Assembly: GCA_950097015.1 (NCBI GenBank)
Contig: CATNEN010000003.1
Coordinates: forward strand, 7,812,001 to 7,876,000
From: Macrostomum hystrix
Taxonomy: Eukaryota > Animalia > Platyhelminthes
DNA: 64,000 bases
Direction of reading: 5' to 3'
Position 1 is the first letter of the stretch. Every line of letters starts with the position of its first letter. The translations under genes were made by a program, and so were the position numbers. Below are positions 50,601-61,565 of the stretch, in pieces. The notes under the pieces are model-generated. The model ran no database searches. It saw only the letters and a list, made by a program, of their open reading frames with translations, and was not told the origin of the DNA.

Positions 50601-53600
50601 CCACATCCTATGCATTGATAATGACACTGATGTATCCAATCTGATTAAAATCTAATCAACTAACCGTATTAGAAAAGATGACCTCAGGTATCCACAGTGC
50701 GCAGACCACGTGACACCAGCGATTATCCGTGGTCATTTTGAATGCGCCGCCCCGATTCGGGCATAGAATACACTGCGGAGATTCGCTAGGACACTGGAGG
50801 CATCGGCGACAGAGCCAGCTAGCTTCGGGCACGTACGGTATACCGTAGCATTCCTGGTGTACGGCCAAATTGCACATGTCGCAAAATAATATAGCATTAG
50901 TGTTGTAGCACTCCCCATCCAGACAGATGCTGCAAACGGCGTCATCGTCTTCCATTCGATGATCTCCGGTAGATCTGAAATGAGCCTCCTTTTCAAATCG
51001 ATCCATTAGCAATTCCATGGCGTCCTCGCCAACTGAAGCGGCGTTGATCTTTTCTAATCGGCCAGCGTTGACAGCGGCTAGCCAACGATCGTCCTCTTCG
51101 TCTAGATCGTATTCGACTAGCTCGTCTAGCTCTTCAGCGCTTTTCTCGATGTATCTTGAGTTTTAGATTGGAGGAGAATTTGACAAGTTACTGTTTATTT
51201 ACAAAAATTTGGTGTGCACTAAATATTTAGGGAATTGGTGTACAGATTTAGGAAATTGGTGTACAGATTTAGGGAAATGGTGTAAAGATTTAGGGAAATG
51301 GTGTACAGATTTAGGGAATTGGTGTAAAGATTTAGGGAAATGGTGTATAGATTTAGGGAATTGGTGTGGTGTACAGATTTAGGGAAATGGTGTACAGATT
51401 TAGGGAATTGGTGTGGTGTACAGATTTAGGGAAATGGTGTACAGATTTAGGGAATTGGTGTGGTGTACAGATTTAGGGAAATGGTGTACAGATTTAGGGA
51501 ATTGGTGTGGTGTACAGATTTAGGGAAATGGTGTACAGATTTAGGGAATTGGCGTACAGATTTAGGGAAATGGTGTACAGATTTAGGGAAACGGTGTACA
51601 GATTTAGGGAAATGGTGTACAGATTTAGGGAAACGGTGTACAGATTTAGGAAAATGGTGTACAGATTTAGTAAATTGGTGTACAGATTTAGGGAAATGGT
51701 GTAAAGATTTAGGGAAATGGTGTACAGATTTAGGGAATTGGTGTAAAGATTTAGGGAAATGGTGTATAGATTTAGGGAATTGGTGTGGTGTACAGATTTA
51801 GGGAAATGGTGTACAGATTTAGGGAATTGGTGTGGTGTACAGATTTAGGGAAATGGTGTACAGATTTAGGGAATTGGTGTGGTGTACAGATTTAGGGAAA
51901 TGGTGTACAGATTTAGGGAATTGGCGTACAGATTTAGGGAAATGGTGTACAGATTTAGGGAAACGGTGTACAGATTTAGGGAAATGGTGTACAGATTTAG
52001 GGAATTAGTGTAAAGATTTAGGGAAATGGTGTACAGATTTAGGGAAATGGTGTACAGATTTGGGTAAATGGTGTACAGATTTAGGGAAATGGTGTACAGA
52101 TTTAGGGAATTGGTGTGGTGTACAGATTTAGGGAAATGGTGTACAGATTTAGGGAATTGGTGTGGTGTACAGATTTAGGGAAATGGTGTACAGATTTAGG
52201 GAATTGGTGTGGTGTACAGATTTAGGGAAATGGTGTACAGATTTAGGGAATTGGTGTGGTGTACAGATTTAGGGAAATGGTGTACAGATTTAGGGAATTG
52301 GTGTGGTGTACAGATTTAGGGAAATGGTGTACAGATTTAGGGAATTGGTGTGGTGTACAGATTTAGGGAAATGGTGTACAGATTTAGGGAATTGGCGTAC
52401 AGATTTAGGGAAATGGTGTACAGATTTAGGGAAACGGTGTACAGATTTAGGGAAATAGTGTACAGATTTAGGGAATTAGTGTAAAGATTTAGGGAAATCG
52501 TGTACAGATTTAGGGAAATGGTGTACAGATTTGGGTAAATGGTGTACAGATTTAGGGAAATGGTGTACAGATTTAGGGAATTGGTGTACAGATTTAGGGA
52601 ATTGGTGTGGTGTACAGATTTAGGGAAATGGTGTACAGATTTAGGGAATTGGTGTGGTGTACAGATTTAGGGAAATGGTGTACAGATTTAGGGAATTGGT
52701 GTACAGATTTAGGGAAATGGTGTACAGATTTAGGGAAACGGTGTACAGATTTAGGGAAATGGTGTACAGATTTAGGGAATTGGTGTAAAGATTTAGGGAA
52801 ATTGTGTACAGATTTAGGGAAATGGTGTCTAGATTTAGAAAAAATGTTATACATATTTGGGGAAATGGTGCGTAGATTTAGGGAAATTGTGTACGGATTC
52901 AAAGAAATTGTGTTCACATTTAGGGAAACAGATTTAGGGCAATGGAACACAAGATTCGAGGAATATAACTGACCGAATATAGCACTCGGGTGTAGGCGGT
53001 CTCCTAGGCAACTGATAAGCCGGATCAACCAATTCGTACCGCGGCGACGGTATCTTTCCAGGCGGACTAGCCGGCTGACCGGGCAAAACAGAGCTGGCCC
53101 GAGGCGCACGCGGTTTGTGCTGCTGCTGCTGGTGAACCTGTTGACGCCCCGCCTTGCCTGCTCTGCCAGGCTTGCCAGGCTTACTAGTCGCTTTACTAGC
53201 GGTGCTAACATTAGCTAGGCTATTGTTATTATTATTAGCATTTCCGCTGTCCGGTTCAATTGAAGTTGGCGAGACCACACTGCAGTTGGCGCCAGCTGTG
53301 ACGTCGTTATCGTCGCCTATTTTCAAAGGGGTTAAAAGTTAGCCTAAGAAAATCTGCCTAAGAAAATATATTAGTGCAATCAAACAAGACACTTAATATA
53401 GGGACTGGTTATGTCTTCTCCCAGTCCACGGACTGTACACAACTGTAAGTGTAATTTATAATCGTTTTTATGTTATATAATTTTTTAGCTCTAAAATAAA
53501 AATGCGACAGATAAAGTTTGATTTGAGATAAAGAAAAGTCGGCAAAAAAAGTAAAATTCTTGCTTTTTATTTCATTTGCAGAAGAGCTTTAGGCACTGGC

Positions 53601-54419
53601 AAAGTACATCTGCCCTGACTTTCTCATCGTCAGGCAGTGTACACTTTGACTGCGCTTTGAAGATTGGCCCTCAAGGGCGTAAATTCCACGACAAGCACAC
53701 AAGTCTTCTCTCCGCGGCTGCGCGCCAAATGAATGTGGCCTCGCCGCGGAATCGAGCTCAGGACCTTGGCGCGGGAGAGACAAAAGCGTTAAACGCTCTG
53801 CTACATCCCAAAAAGCATGCTGACTAAAACAGCCTTAAAATTAAAAAAATTAGTTCATCGCAAAGAACTAAAATTGATCACTAGGTTTGGCATCTATCGT
53901 GAAGTAGGCAGTGGGTTTTGACATGTATCATGGACATAATTTAGACTAACCAGAAGCCGAGATCGCATCCTCGTGGGATAAAATGCAGACGTGCAACGGC
54001 TCCTGGATTGGCCAACGCATTGATCGGCCCTCCAATTCAAAGGTGACATAGCGCAGAGACTCCTCGTAAGATAAGGGCTGCTCGCCCGCGCTCAACGAAG
54101 CGCCGGTCCTGTCTGGCGAGCCGCCACCAGAAGCCGTCGAAGTCGCGGCGACATATCCAGAACAGTCGGCAACAGATGAATTATTGCCTGTATAGCCGTG
54201 CGATTTCTCCATATGACCTCGAATACCCTGTGGGTTGAATTGAGGAAAAACTTGAAAAACTAACAATATGGAAAGATTTCTCATAAATTGTTTTAATTTT
54301 ATTATGTTTACCTGCAAGGTCTTGTATACGGCGCCACATTCTTGTACAGGACAAGGATAGGGCGGTTTAGTACCGCGACAGTTTTCAATAAATGCTCCAA
54401 TGTCAAAGTCAACTGGCAT
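35678..54419 (-). CDS. BRPF1: Bromodomain and PHD finger-containing protein (peregrin / BRPF1-BRD1 family). Exons 54419-54312, 54227-53951, 53316-52974, 51154-50665, 49264-48917, 47271-46789, 46078-45375, 36263-35678
   Basis: N-terminal C2H2 finger ([16 protein letters not shown]|[10 protein letters not shown]), EPL1 region ([21 protein letters not shown]), PHD-Zn knuckle-PHD ([26 protein letters not shown]; [19 protein letters not shown]), [18 protein letters not shown], bromodomain ([23 protein letters not shown]), PWWP ([22 protein letters not shown]). All junctions GT-AG and in frame. Confidence 0.95.
36756..36836. mobile_element. 81-bp hairpin MITE inserted at a TA within the left TIR of element B
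   Basis: Perfect 31-bp IR taataaacggctatgagtgctgcaatgtttt with a 19-nt loop; removing it restores B's TIR. Confidence 0.85.
37022..38127 (+). pseudogene. Disrupted IS630/Tc1-family DDE transposase (element B)
   Basis: HTH ([22 protein letters not shown]), [27 protein letters not shown]; one frameshift near 37330 and two in-frame stops. Confidence 0.9.
38931..39989 (+). pseudogene. IS630/Tc1-family DDE transposase of element A, frameshifted
   Basis: HTH ([19 protein letters not shown]), [20 protein letters not shown]. The second catalytic D (LLCD) is in another frame between apparent compensating frameshifts, and a premature stop lies at 39878. Confidence 0.85.
41353..43485 (+). CDS. DEG/ENaC (amiloride-sensitive / ASIC / FaNaC-like) channel subunit, 608 aa, nested antisense in a BRPF intron. 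Exons 41353-41869, 41958-42332, 42468-42909, 42993-43485
   Basis: [15 protein letters not shown]1, [18 protein letters not shown], Cys-rich thumb (C..ACNC..C..C..CPRPC), TM2 [23 protein letters not shown]; exons sum to 1827 nt with consistent phases. Confidence 0.92.
43965..45300. repeat. 24-bp minisatellite (cctcacagacatctcgttaatatc)
   Basis: Direct tandem repeat with 23-bp variants. Confidence 0.95.
46215..46730. repeat. 35-bp minisatellite (gattctcaggactagacagcggaatctcatagcgt)
   Basis: Direct tandem repeat. Confidence 0.93.
47450..48615. repeat. 19-bp minisatellite (ttttctaggtagcttgtca)
   Basis: Direct tandem repeat. Confidence 0.95.
49500..50540. repeat. 21-bp minisatellite (gattatcaaaccgtatcagtt)
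   Basis: Direct tandem repeat; source of the 346/321-aa spurious ORFs. Confidence 0.96.
51225..52940. repeat. 21-bp minisatellite (gtgtacagatttagggaaatg) with 26-bp variants
   Basis: Direct tandem repeat; nearly every unit contains TTTAGGG. Confidence 0.96.
53600..53810 (-). mobile_element. Partial tRNA-derived SINE copy (5' half with hairpin)
   Basis: Matches 14997-15200 of the full copy. Confidence 0.85.
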
Positions 54420-55626
54420 AGCGAGCTTTTAGCCTAGCTCAGTTAGACCCAACTAGGGCTATGCCAGAATGTAGATCTTTTACGACTTGTTTGCAAATAA
54501 TAATAACTGCCTTAATCGCTATTGATTAAAAAACACCACTGATACTGCTCTTAGAAGCTGCAATAAAAATTGTAGACTTGTTAATTATTTAGAAAATGAA
54601 AATGAATGTATCAAAACAATAAGTTTTTGCCACAATGCCAATTCAGTTGTCTATATTGTTCTAATGTCATAAAGTAGCAAAGTTACTTTTTATCAAGAAG
54701 TTGACAAAGTAGGTCAGGATTTTATAACTTATCAACATTTAGATTATTAAAAGAAAAATAAATTTTCTAAAAAATCCATTAAAATAGTTAAAATTTAACA
54801 GATTCTTTAAGAAAAGCTGCTTAACTTTTAAGTCATTGAAAGCATGATTTATAAAATTCAAGCAATGCATTTTTTATTAATTAGGTAGGTAAAAGAAAAT
54901 GAAACACTTAATTTTTTACACTGCTTGCAACTAAACTTAATTTATTTTTTGCTGTAAAACTTGAATTTACAATTTGCATAATTTGCATTTCAATAGTTAA
55001 TTATCTGTCACATTTTGTTTATTTGGAAAGTATTGCCAACCACAATTGACTATTCTATAGTCATAATAAGTAATCATTCATTTTAACCCTATCGTTGTCA
55101 TACTGTTATCAAATTGAGCATATTCTGACTTTTCCCAAAAAAACTAACTGTATCTAGAACTAGTAGCAGTATATTAGTTTTATAGGCTGGCTTGAACTGC
55201 TTAGCCAGTTTAAATGCTGGGCCATTTCAACTAACGGTCATACTAATTTTTTTTACATTTAGATATGGCATAACAACATTTTTGTACTGTAAATAGCTCA
55301 CAATGGAATTTTTTATGGCTTCTAGCACATACTTCTGGCATTTCCATTCTATAGGCTAGCTACAACTCTGAACAAAAGAAATAGTTTAGACTTTAAAGAA
55401 ATATATACTATGTTAAAAAATGCTTTCGTTTTTGCTATATGCTAAATCTTAGTGCTAAATCTTTTAGAAATTTTTATAATTTTTAGCCAATTTTCTAATT
55501 GTGCAATGGCATGATGAAAAAGGCTAGAATACCCAGTAGCAATGTCTTAGTCCCTGAGACTGACCAAAAGAATGACTCAGATCATAACTGATAGATGGTA
55601 GGCCTAGGCTTACAATGGCATACAAA

Positions 55627-55955
55627 AGTACATTATTATGAACCATAGGTATGGCCTTGCCTTCATAATCCATAGTCAGGAAGGTGGAACAGCATGCGCC
55701 GGAATAAATTTTGGAGGGACAATCTGTGTGTCATCTGTGCGCTGTTTCTGTCCCCTAACCCTGACCCTACACAGAAAAGCACCCTTTCTGCATCCTTCAT
55801 ACCCCTTATATGTGCCATGCTTATGTACCAATATGTGCCGAGACCCTTTGTGTGCGCCGCACTTGTGTGCCAATGTGAACAGAGACCCTCTCTGTGTGCA
55901 GGAATTTTTCTCCTCAGAGGCCACTTTCCTGACTATGGTTCATAATGTGGACTCC
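55627..55955. mobile_element. MITE-like element
   Basis: attatgaaccatag...tcaggaaggtgg pairs with ccactttcctgactatggttcataat. Confidence 0.55.
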
Positions 55956-56934
55956 AATAATAGTTAACCCAGCAATCCATACTAAAACTTTTGTGAGGTT
56001 GGCATTCTTTTTCAATTGTTTGTTAAACAGTTTTTCTGAAAAGTTTCATTTCAAATTGATGTGAAAACTTTGGCAAATTATTTTGAAACAATGGGAAACA
56101 ATGAAAAAATCAGAAACAATGATATGAAGAGATTCAAATGTCATGTCCAAAATTCTGTAGGATCACATGTAAAAATTAAGCAGGGGTATTATTCCTTTTT
56201 GCATCCAAATAGATACTGCGAGCACTCAATTTAACACCAAGTGGCAGAACGCATGCGCTGCAGTCGCTGCTGCCTCATGTCTGTGGCCAAAAGTGTGGTG
56301 AAGGAGCAGCCAATTTAACACTCGGGGCACCAATTTCGTATTTTTGATTTGCACTGCTCAAAATCTCACTGCTATGAGCGATCAGGAGCTTCTGTCTGAT
56401 GACGAATCAAGCCGCTAAAGCTACGAAACTGCTCCAGATGAACAGGGAGATGGACTGCGCCGAGGACTGTACAATAGAATAAGCTATGAGTGGTACAATC
56501 TCGTTGTGGATGCTTTAGAAAGAGGCGAGTGACCGGTGGATATTGCGAGCTGGCTGCAGCTCAACAAAAACACCGTCTTCTCCATTCAGAAGCGATACGA
56601 GACAACAGGACAGTGAAATTGGCGTCCTTGTGGCGCAAAGCTGGGCGAGGACCCGTCAAAAAATTCGCCCGGAAACTTGGCCCGGAAATTTTTGTCTTCA
56701 CCCGGAAATTTTTCCTATTCTGTAATGTATTGTGATCCGGTAAATTGGCTCGAAAAAGTGACGAAAGTTTACAATGTACTCCGGATTTCGTTCGTGATCC
56801 GGCCGTTCATACTTTTTTCGTTCCGAAACTGGTAGCCGGATCAGCTAAAAACGTTCCGGGACGAAACACCGGATCGGAGAACACAGATTACCGGAAGTTT
56901 GACCCGAAAAGTACTGAATGCTCTGGGCTGTCTA

Positions 56935-57487
56935 TCCGGATCAGTTTCCGGGCGAAGAGTACGGATTGGTGTCCAATCCGGGTCAGTTTCCGTGCAAAGA
57001 GTACGGATTGGTGTCCAATCCGGGTCAGTTTCCGGGCGAAGAGTACGGATTGGTGTCCAATCCGGGTCAGTTTCCGTGCAAAGAGTACGGATTGGTGTCC
57101 AATCCGGGTCAGTTTCCGTGCGAAGAGTACGGATTGGTGTCCAATCCGGGTCAGTTTCCGTGCAAAGAGTACGGATTGGTGTCCAATCCGGGTCAGTTTC
57201 CGTGCAAAGAGTACGGATTGGTGTCCAATCCGGGTCAGTTTCCGTGCAAAGAGTACGGATTGGTGTCCAATCCGGGTCAGTTTCCGTGCAAAGAGTACGG
57301 ATTGGTGTCCAATCCGGGTCAGTTTCCGTGCAAAGAGTACGGATTGGTGTCCAATCCGGGTCAGTTTTCGGGCGAAGAGTACGGGTTGGTGTCCAGTCCG
57401 GGTCAGTTTTCGGGCGAAGAGTACGGATTGGTGTCCAATCCGGGTCAGTTTTCGGGCGAAGGGTACGGGTTGGTGTCCAATCCGGGT
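56935..57487. repeat. 42-bp tandem repeat in the left subterminal region of element D
   Basis: tccgggtcagtttccgtgcaaagagtacggattggtgtccaa x ~13. Confidence 0.95.
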
Positions 57488-57841
57488 AACCGAATAAAAG
57501 GAAAGAAATTATTGTCTTAGACTTTTTACAGAAATGTTTTCATAATCAAACCAGAAGTTTTAAGCAAATTAGGATTGACTTCAAGTCGTTTACTACTTGT
57601 AGTGAGGTGAATAAAAATACTGTAAATTAGAATTAGGCTGAATTGGAAAAATAAAATACTAAGGAAATACGAACTGGCGAATAATGGCAGCTAGGACAGT
57701 TCGACAAAATGGGAATAGCATTGGGTCTGGCACGCATGCACACACTCTGAATTGAGCAAAGATACATTTGTAATTAGTTGACGGCTAGCATTTAGAAAAA
57801 ACAGCTGAAAAATTGGGACTAAAATTGGGATTAGATTTGTA

Positions 57842-58182
57842 CTAGCTGCCTTCGCTACCCTCTGGGTAGCCTCCCTGTGAGTTCTTATCAGTACGCGTGC
57901 GTTATCAAAACTGCAGGCTCTGATGCAATCATTAAATTTGGCACTGGAGGCCTCACTGTGCACAAGCTGAAAACAAGAATGCATTAGAAAAGCCTATTTA
58001 AAACTGTTTTTCGAATATTTAATCCCCTTGGCAATGGACTTAAGCTTAATAAAAATACGTGTACCGATTCGGGCCCATTTGTGATCTTTTGGCGAAGGAA
58101 TTGCAAAAATCGGTTGAGCCGTTCGGGAGCTAGTCGATTGCAAACATACAAACATACAAACATATAGAATAGAAGAAGAAGA
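57842..58182 (-). mobile_element. Non-autonomous Helitron
   Basis: Minus strand starts A|TC, has a (tgtatgtt)n microsatellite and a cgaacggctcaaccgatttt motif, and ends GCTACCC-aga-GGGTAGC hairpin, 8 nt, CTAG|T. Confidence 0.72.
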
Positions 58183-59859
58183 TATATAAGAAAAAATAAA
58201 AATCGCAATTGAAAAAATACGAACAGTCGGTTTCAAAATACTAATGCCACTACTAGGTAAGTAGGCACAATGGGATCGGTTTTCTCCTGTCCGCAGACAA
58301 GAAGAAATGGCCGCAGAAAAACGCGCCTACTGCTCAACGCACTGTACCAGCTCAAACATATCCGTCGGCAATTTGTAAAGTTTATCTCGCTGAAGAATTT
58401 TACAGAAACGAAGAGGCAGCTCAAGTAAAAACCGCACTGGAACCAAGAAAATAATAGTTTAAAAAGTTAGAAAATAAACACGGCAGTGCCTAGTACTCTC
58501 AGAGTGTGCTCAAGAGTATAACTAATTGGAAAATGACACTGCTAAAAGAATTCGCACATGTAGTACAGTACGCACACGGACAAAATTAAATTCGATTTCC
58601 TCACGGGAAAATGGAAATAAAATAAAATAATGCTGCCAGAGTCCACACAATCTGGAAAAAGAGCAATGGGGAGAGAATGGAGTGGGGAGAAAATGGAGAG
58701 TGGGGAGAGAATAAAGAGTGGGGAGAAAATGGAGAGTGGGGAGAAAATGGAGAGTGGGGAGAGAATAAAGAGTGGGGAGAAAATGGGGTGGGGAGAGAAT
58801 AAAGAGTGGGTTTTATATAATATATATGGCCAGCAGAGTGATTCTTCCTAATCCCGTATACGGGTTCATTGTGCTTTTTTATAATTCATTATTAATTGTC
58901 CAGAGGGGCGGTTGCCGCATCTAAATCAGTTGGCAAATTGTCGCCTTCTTCTAGGAAATTGCCGCCGGAGTCGATTAAGGCGGGACCAGCATCGCCTTGG
59001 ATGGGTGGGGCAATTTCTTCTCGATTTAACTTACTGCTACACTTGCTACTAATACACTTGCTAAACAACAAAGACTAGTCCTACAGCAGTAGTAACCAAA
59101 CTAGCAATGCCATCATGAACTGGTAAGAGAATTAAAGCATAAAGACTGTCGAACATCTTGACCAAAGAATTCGTTTCATTTACACTTATGAATGCATCAG
59201 CTATGTGGGAACAAAAAACAGCAGAATGTACGCGACTAGACGAGTACAAAGATTCATAATTCCAAGATTAATTTCGACATGACGCACATGCCTTTCACTG
59301 CCTCTCGTAGGTCAGCGTAGCGGCTGCCTTTAGCCTCAACAGTTGCGAGGATTGATTGCCCCTCGTAGGTCAGCTGTTTAGTAGCTGCCTTTAGTTCAAC
59401 AGGTGTGACTCGATCTCATTGCCTCCTTTTTAGTAGCTGTCTTTACTCCCATCAGAATGTCAGTGCCATCAGCGCAACTGCACACGCTTTAGACAACCCA
59501 AAGGAGCATGCACCAGCAGAGCTGGATTAGCGTTGGTCTTAAATAGAGTAGGTTACTTTAGTCACTGGGCCAGTTAGAGCTGAATGGAACTATGCCGCAG
59601 ACTCCGTCTAGACACCCAGCTGTGCCGAACGCAATAAGTGTGGCGGTGAATGACAGGTCGGAATAAACTTGACACTATCAGTTCACTGCGCGCGCAAGGC
59701 ACACTAAGCAACCGCGACGAACTACAGGCCAATGGGAGTCCAACCTCTCGCACGCAATAGATTTGCAACAGTTCGTTCGAGAACAAAGCTGTCACCTGTG
59801 CGGAGGGTGGGCGCAGCCTCACATTACGAGCGCTACAGTGTTTGCTGATACATAGCACT

Positions 59860-60050
59860 ATGCCTCACGTAGGTCAGCGTAGCGGCTGCCTTTAGCCTCA
59901 ACAGTTGCGAGGCTGTATTGCCCCTCGTAGGTCAGCTGCGTAGCGGCTGCCTTTAGCCTCAACAGGTGCGAGGCTGTATTGCCCCTCGTAGGTCAGCTGC
60001 GTAGCGGCTGCCTTTAGCCTCAACAGGTGCGAGGCTGAATTGCCCCTCGC
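59860..60050. repeat. ~59-bp tandem repeat inside element D (related copies at 59300-59440)
   Basis: gtaggtcagctgcgtagcggctgcctttagcctcaacaggtgcgaggctgtattgcccctc x3. Confidence 0.85.
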
Positions 60051-60951
60051 TGATGTATACTCTGTGAGTACTTTATTCCTCAACAGGGCAGGCCTTATTT
60101 CCTCTCACCTCAATGAAGCATAGTCACTTAAGAAATTGAAAACTCCCGATCAAAATATGCCTCTGCGTCAAGGAATCCACTTCGCCCAAAAATATTGAAT
60201 AATCCAGGCGAAATCGTCCGGAACAGTGCTAGTTTCCGTGTCCTGTTCACCCGGATCAGAGATGGTTTCCATGTGAAGCCCCGGATCATCGCCCGGATCA
60301 GGTTTTCCCGGAAATAGGTGTTAATCTGGGTGAGAAAGACAAGATCTGGGTGCATTTCCCGGAAACTGTGACCCCGGATCTGTGGTGGTTTCCGTGTGAA
60401 GTCCCAGATCAATGCCCGGATCAGGTTTGCCCGGAAATAGGTGTTAATCTGGGTGAGAAAGACAAGATCTGGGTGCATTTCCCGGAAACTGTGACCCCGG
60501 ATCAGATTTTGTTTCAGGGATACATCCAGGAACATTTCTGATTTCCGGGCCAACCTGATCCGGACAGAGATCCGGGCTTCACACGGAAACCACCGCTGAT
60601 CCGGGGTCACAGTTTCCGGGAAATGCACCCAGATCTTGTCTTTCTCACCCAGATTAACACCTATTTCCGGGAAAACCTGATCCGGGCGATGATCCGGGGC
60701 TTCACATGGAAACCATCTCTGATCCGGGTGAACTGGACCGGGAAATTGGCACGTATCGAGACTTTTTTTGCCCGAATTGAGTTCTTTTTCCGGGAAATAA
60801 AAATCATGTAATTCCCCGGATCATAGTCCCGGAAAAAAGAGGGTGATCCGGGTCAAATTTTCTGATCCGGGCCTTCACCCGGAAATGTGAGTGTTTCCGA
60901 ACCCGGATCACTAATTTCCGGGTCAAGTTTCCGGGTGAATTTTTTGACGGG

Positions 60952-61565
60952 GAACATACAGAGTGGCTAGTGCAACAGCTTGACTGGAACCCAATGATGA
61001 CGCTGGCAGAGATGGCACGATCTGTACAAGGCAGATTTGAAGGTCTTCAAGTCAGCACTGCTACAATCAGTCGAGCTTTAGACAAGCAGCCTTTCACCTT
61101 AAAATGTCTAAGCCGGGATGCTGACATTCCTGTAGCGCGCAATACTCCGGAGAATCGACTTTGAAGGCGTGAATTCGCTCAATGGCTGACCGAATTGCCA
61201 CCCAATCATCACCCTGTCTTCATTGATGAAACGGGTTTCAATTTACGCTCGTATGGACTCAAAGGTCACAAGGGCGCAGCAGACGTGGGCAACGAGTGAG
61301 AAGGGTTGTTGTCACTCAGCGAGGGGTGCAGGTGAATCTGGTACAGGCCGTGTCACCAATGGCAGGTCTTCTGCATCACAATATTGTAGCAGCCACGATG
61401 ACCGCAGAAAGATTTCAGACATTTGTGGAGGAGTTACTAGAGGTTGTAAGCAATCGGAACGACATTGGAGACGCTGACCAGATGCACATTTGGTCAGCTG
61501 GCTGGTTCAGGCAGATGCTGCGACGAGTTCCGGTCTGCTTGGCAGAGCAGCCGATTGACTACTGA
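60952..61565 (+). pseudogene. 3' fragment of the element C transposase (frameshifts, stop, internal deletion)
   Basis: Homologous to the element B protein (LSRDADIPVARN, VFIDETG, RVRRVVVTQRG); second D and E region missing. Confidence 0.8.

Larger units (their letters stand above)
56652..60951. mobile_element. Non-autonomous CMC/EnSpm(CACTA)-like DNA transposon (element D)
   Basis: TIR cccgtcaaaaaattc(g/a)cccggaaacttg at both ends, CCC..GGG termini, 2-bp GA TSD, CCGG-rich subterminal repeats; no transposase seen. Confidence 0.8.

Noticed and set aside
51225-52940. Interstitial telomere
   Set aside because: TTAGGG occurs singly within 21-bp units, not as (TTAGGG)n
56745-57520. 200-250-aa repeat ORFs
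   Set aside because: 42-bp subterminal repeat of a DNA transposon
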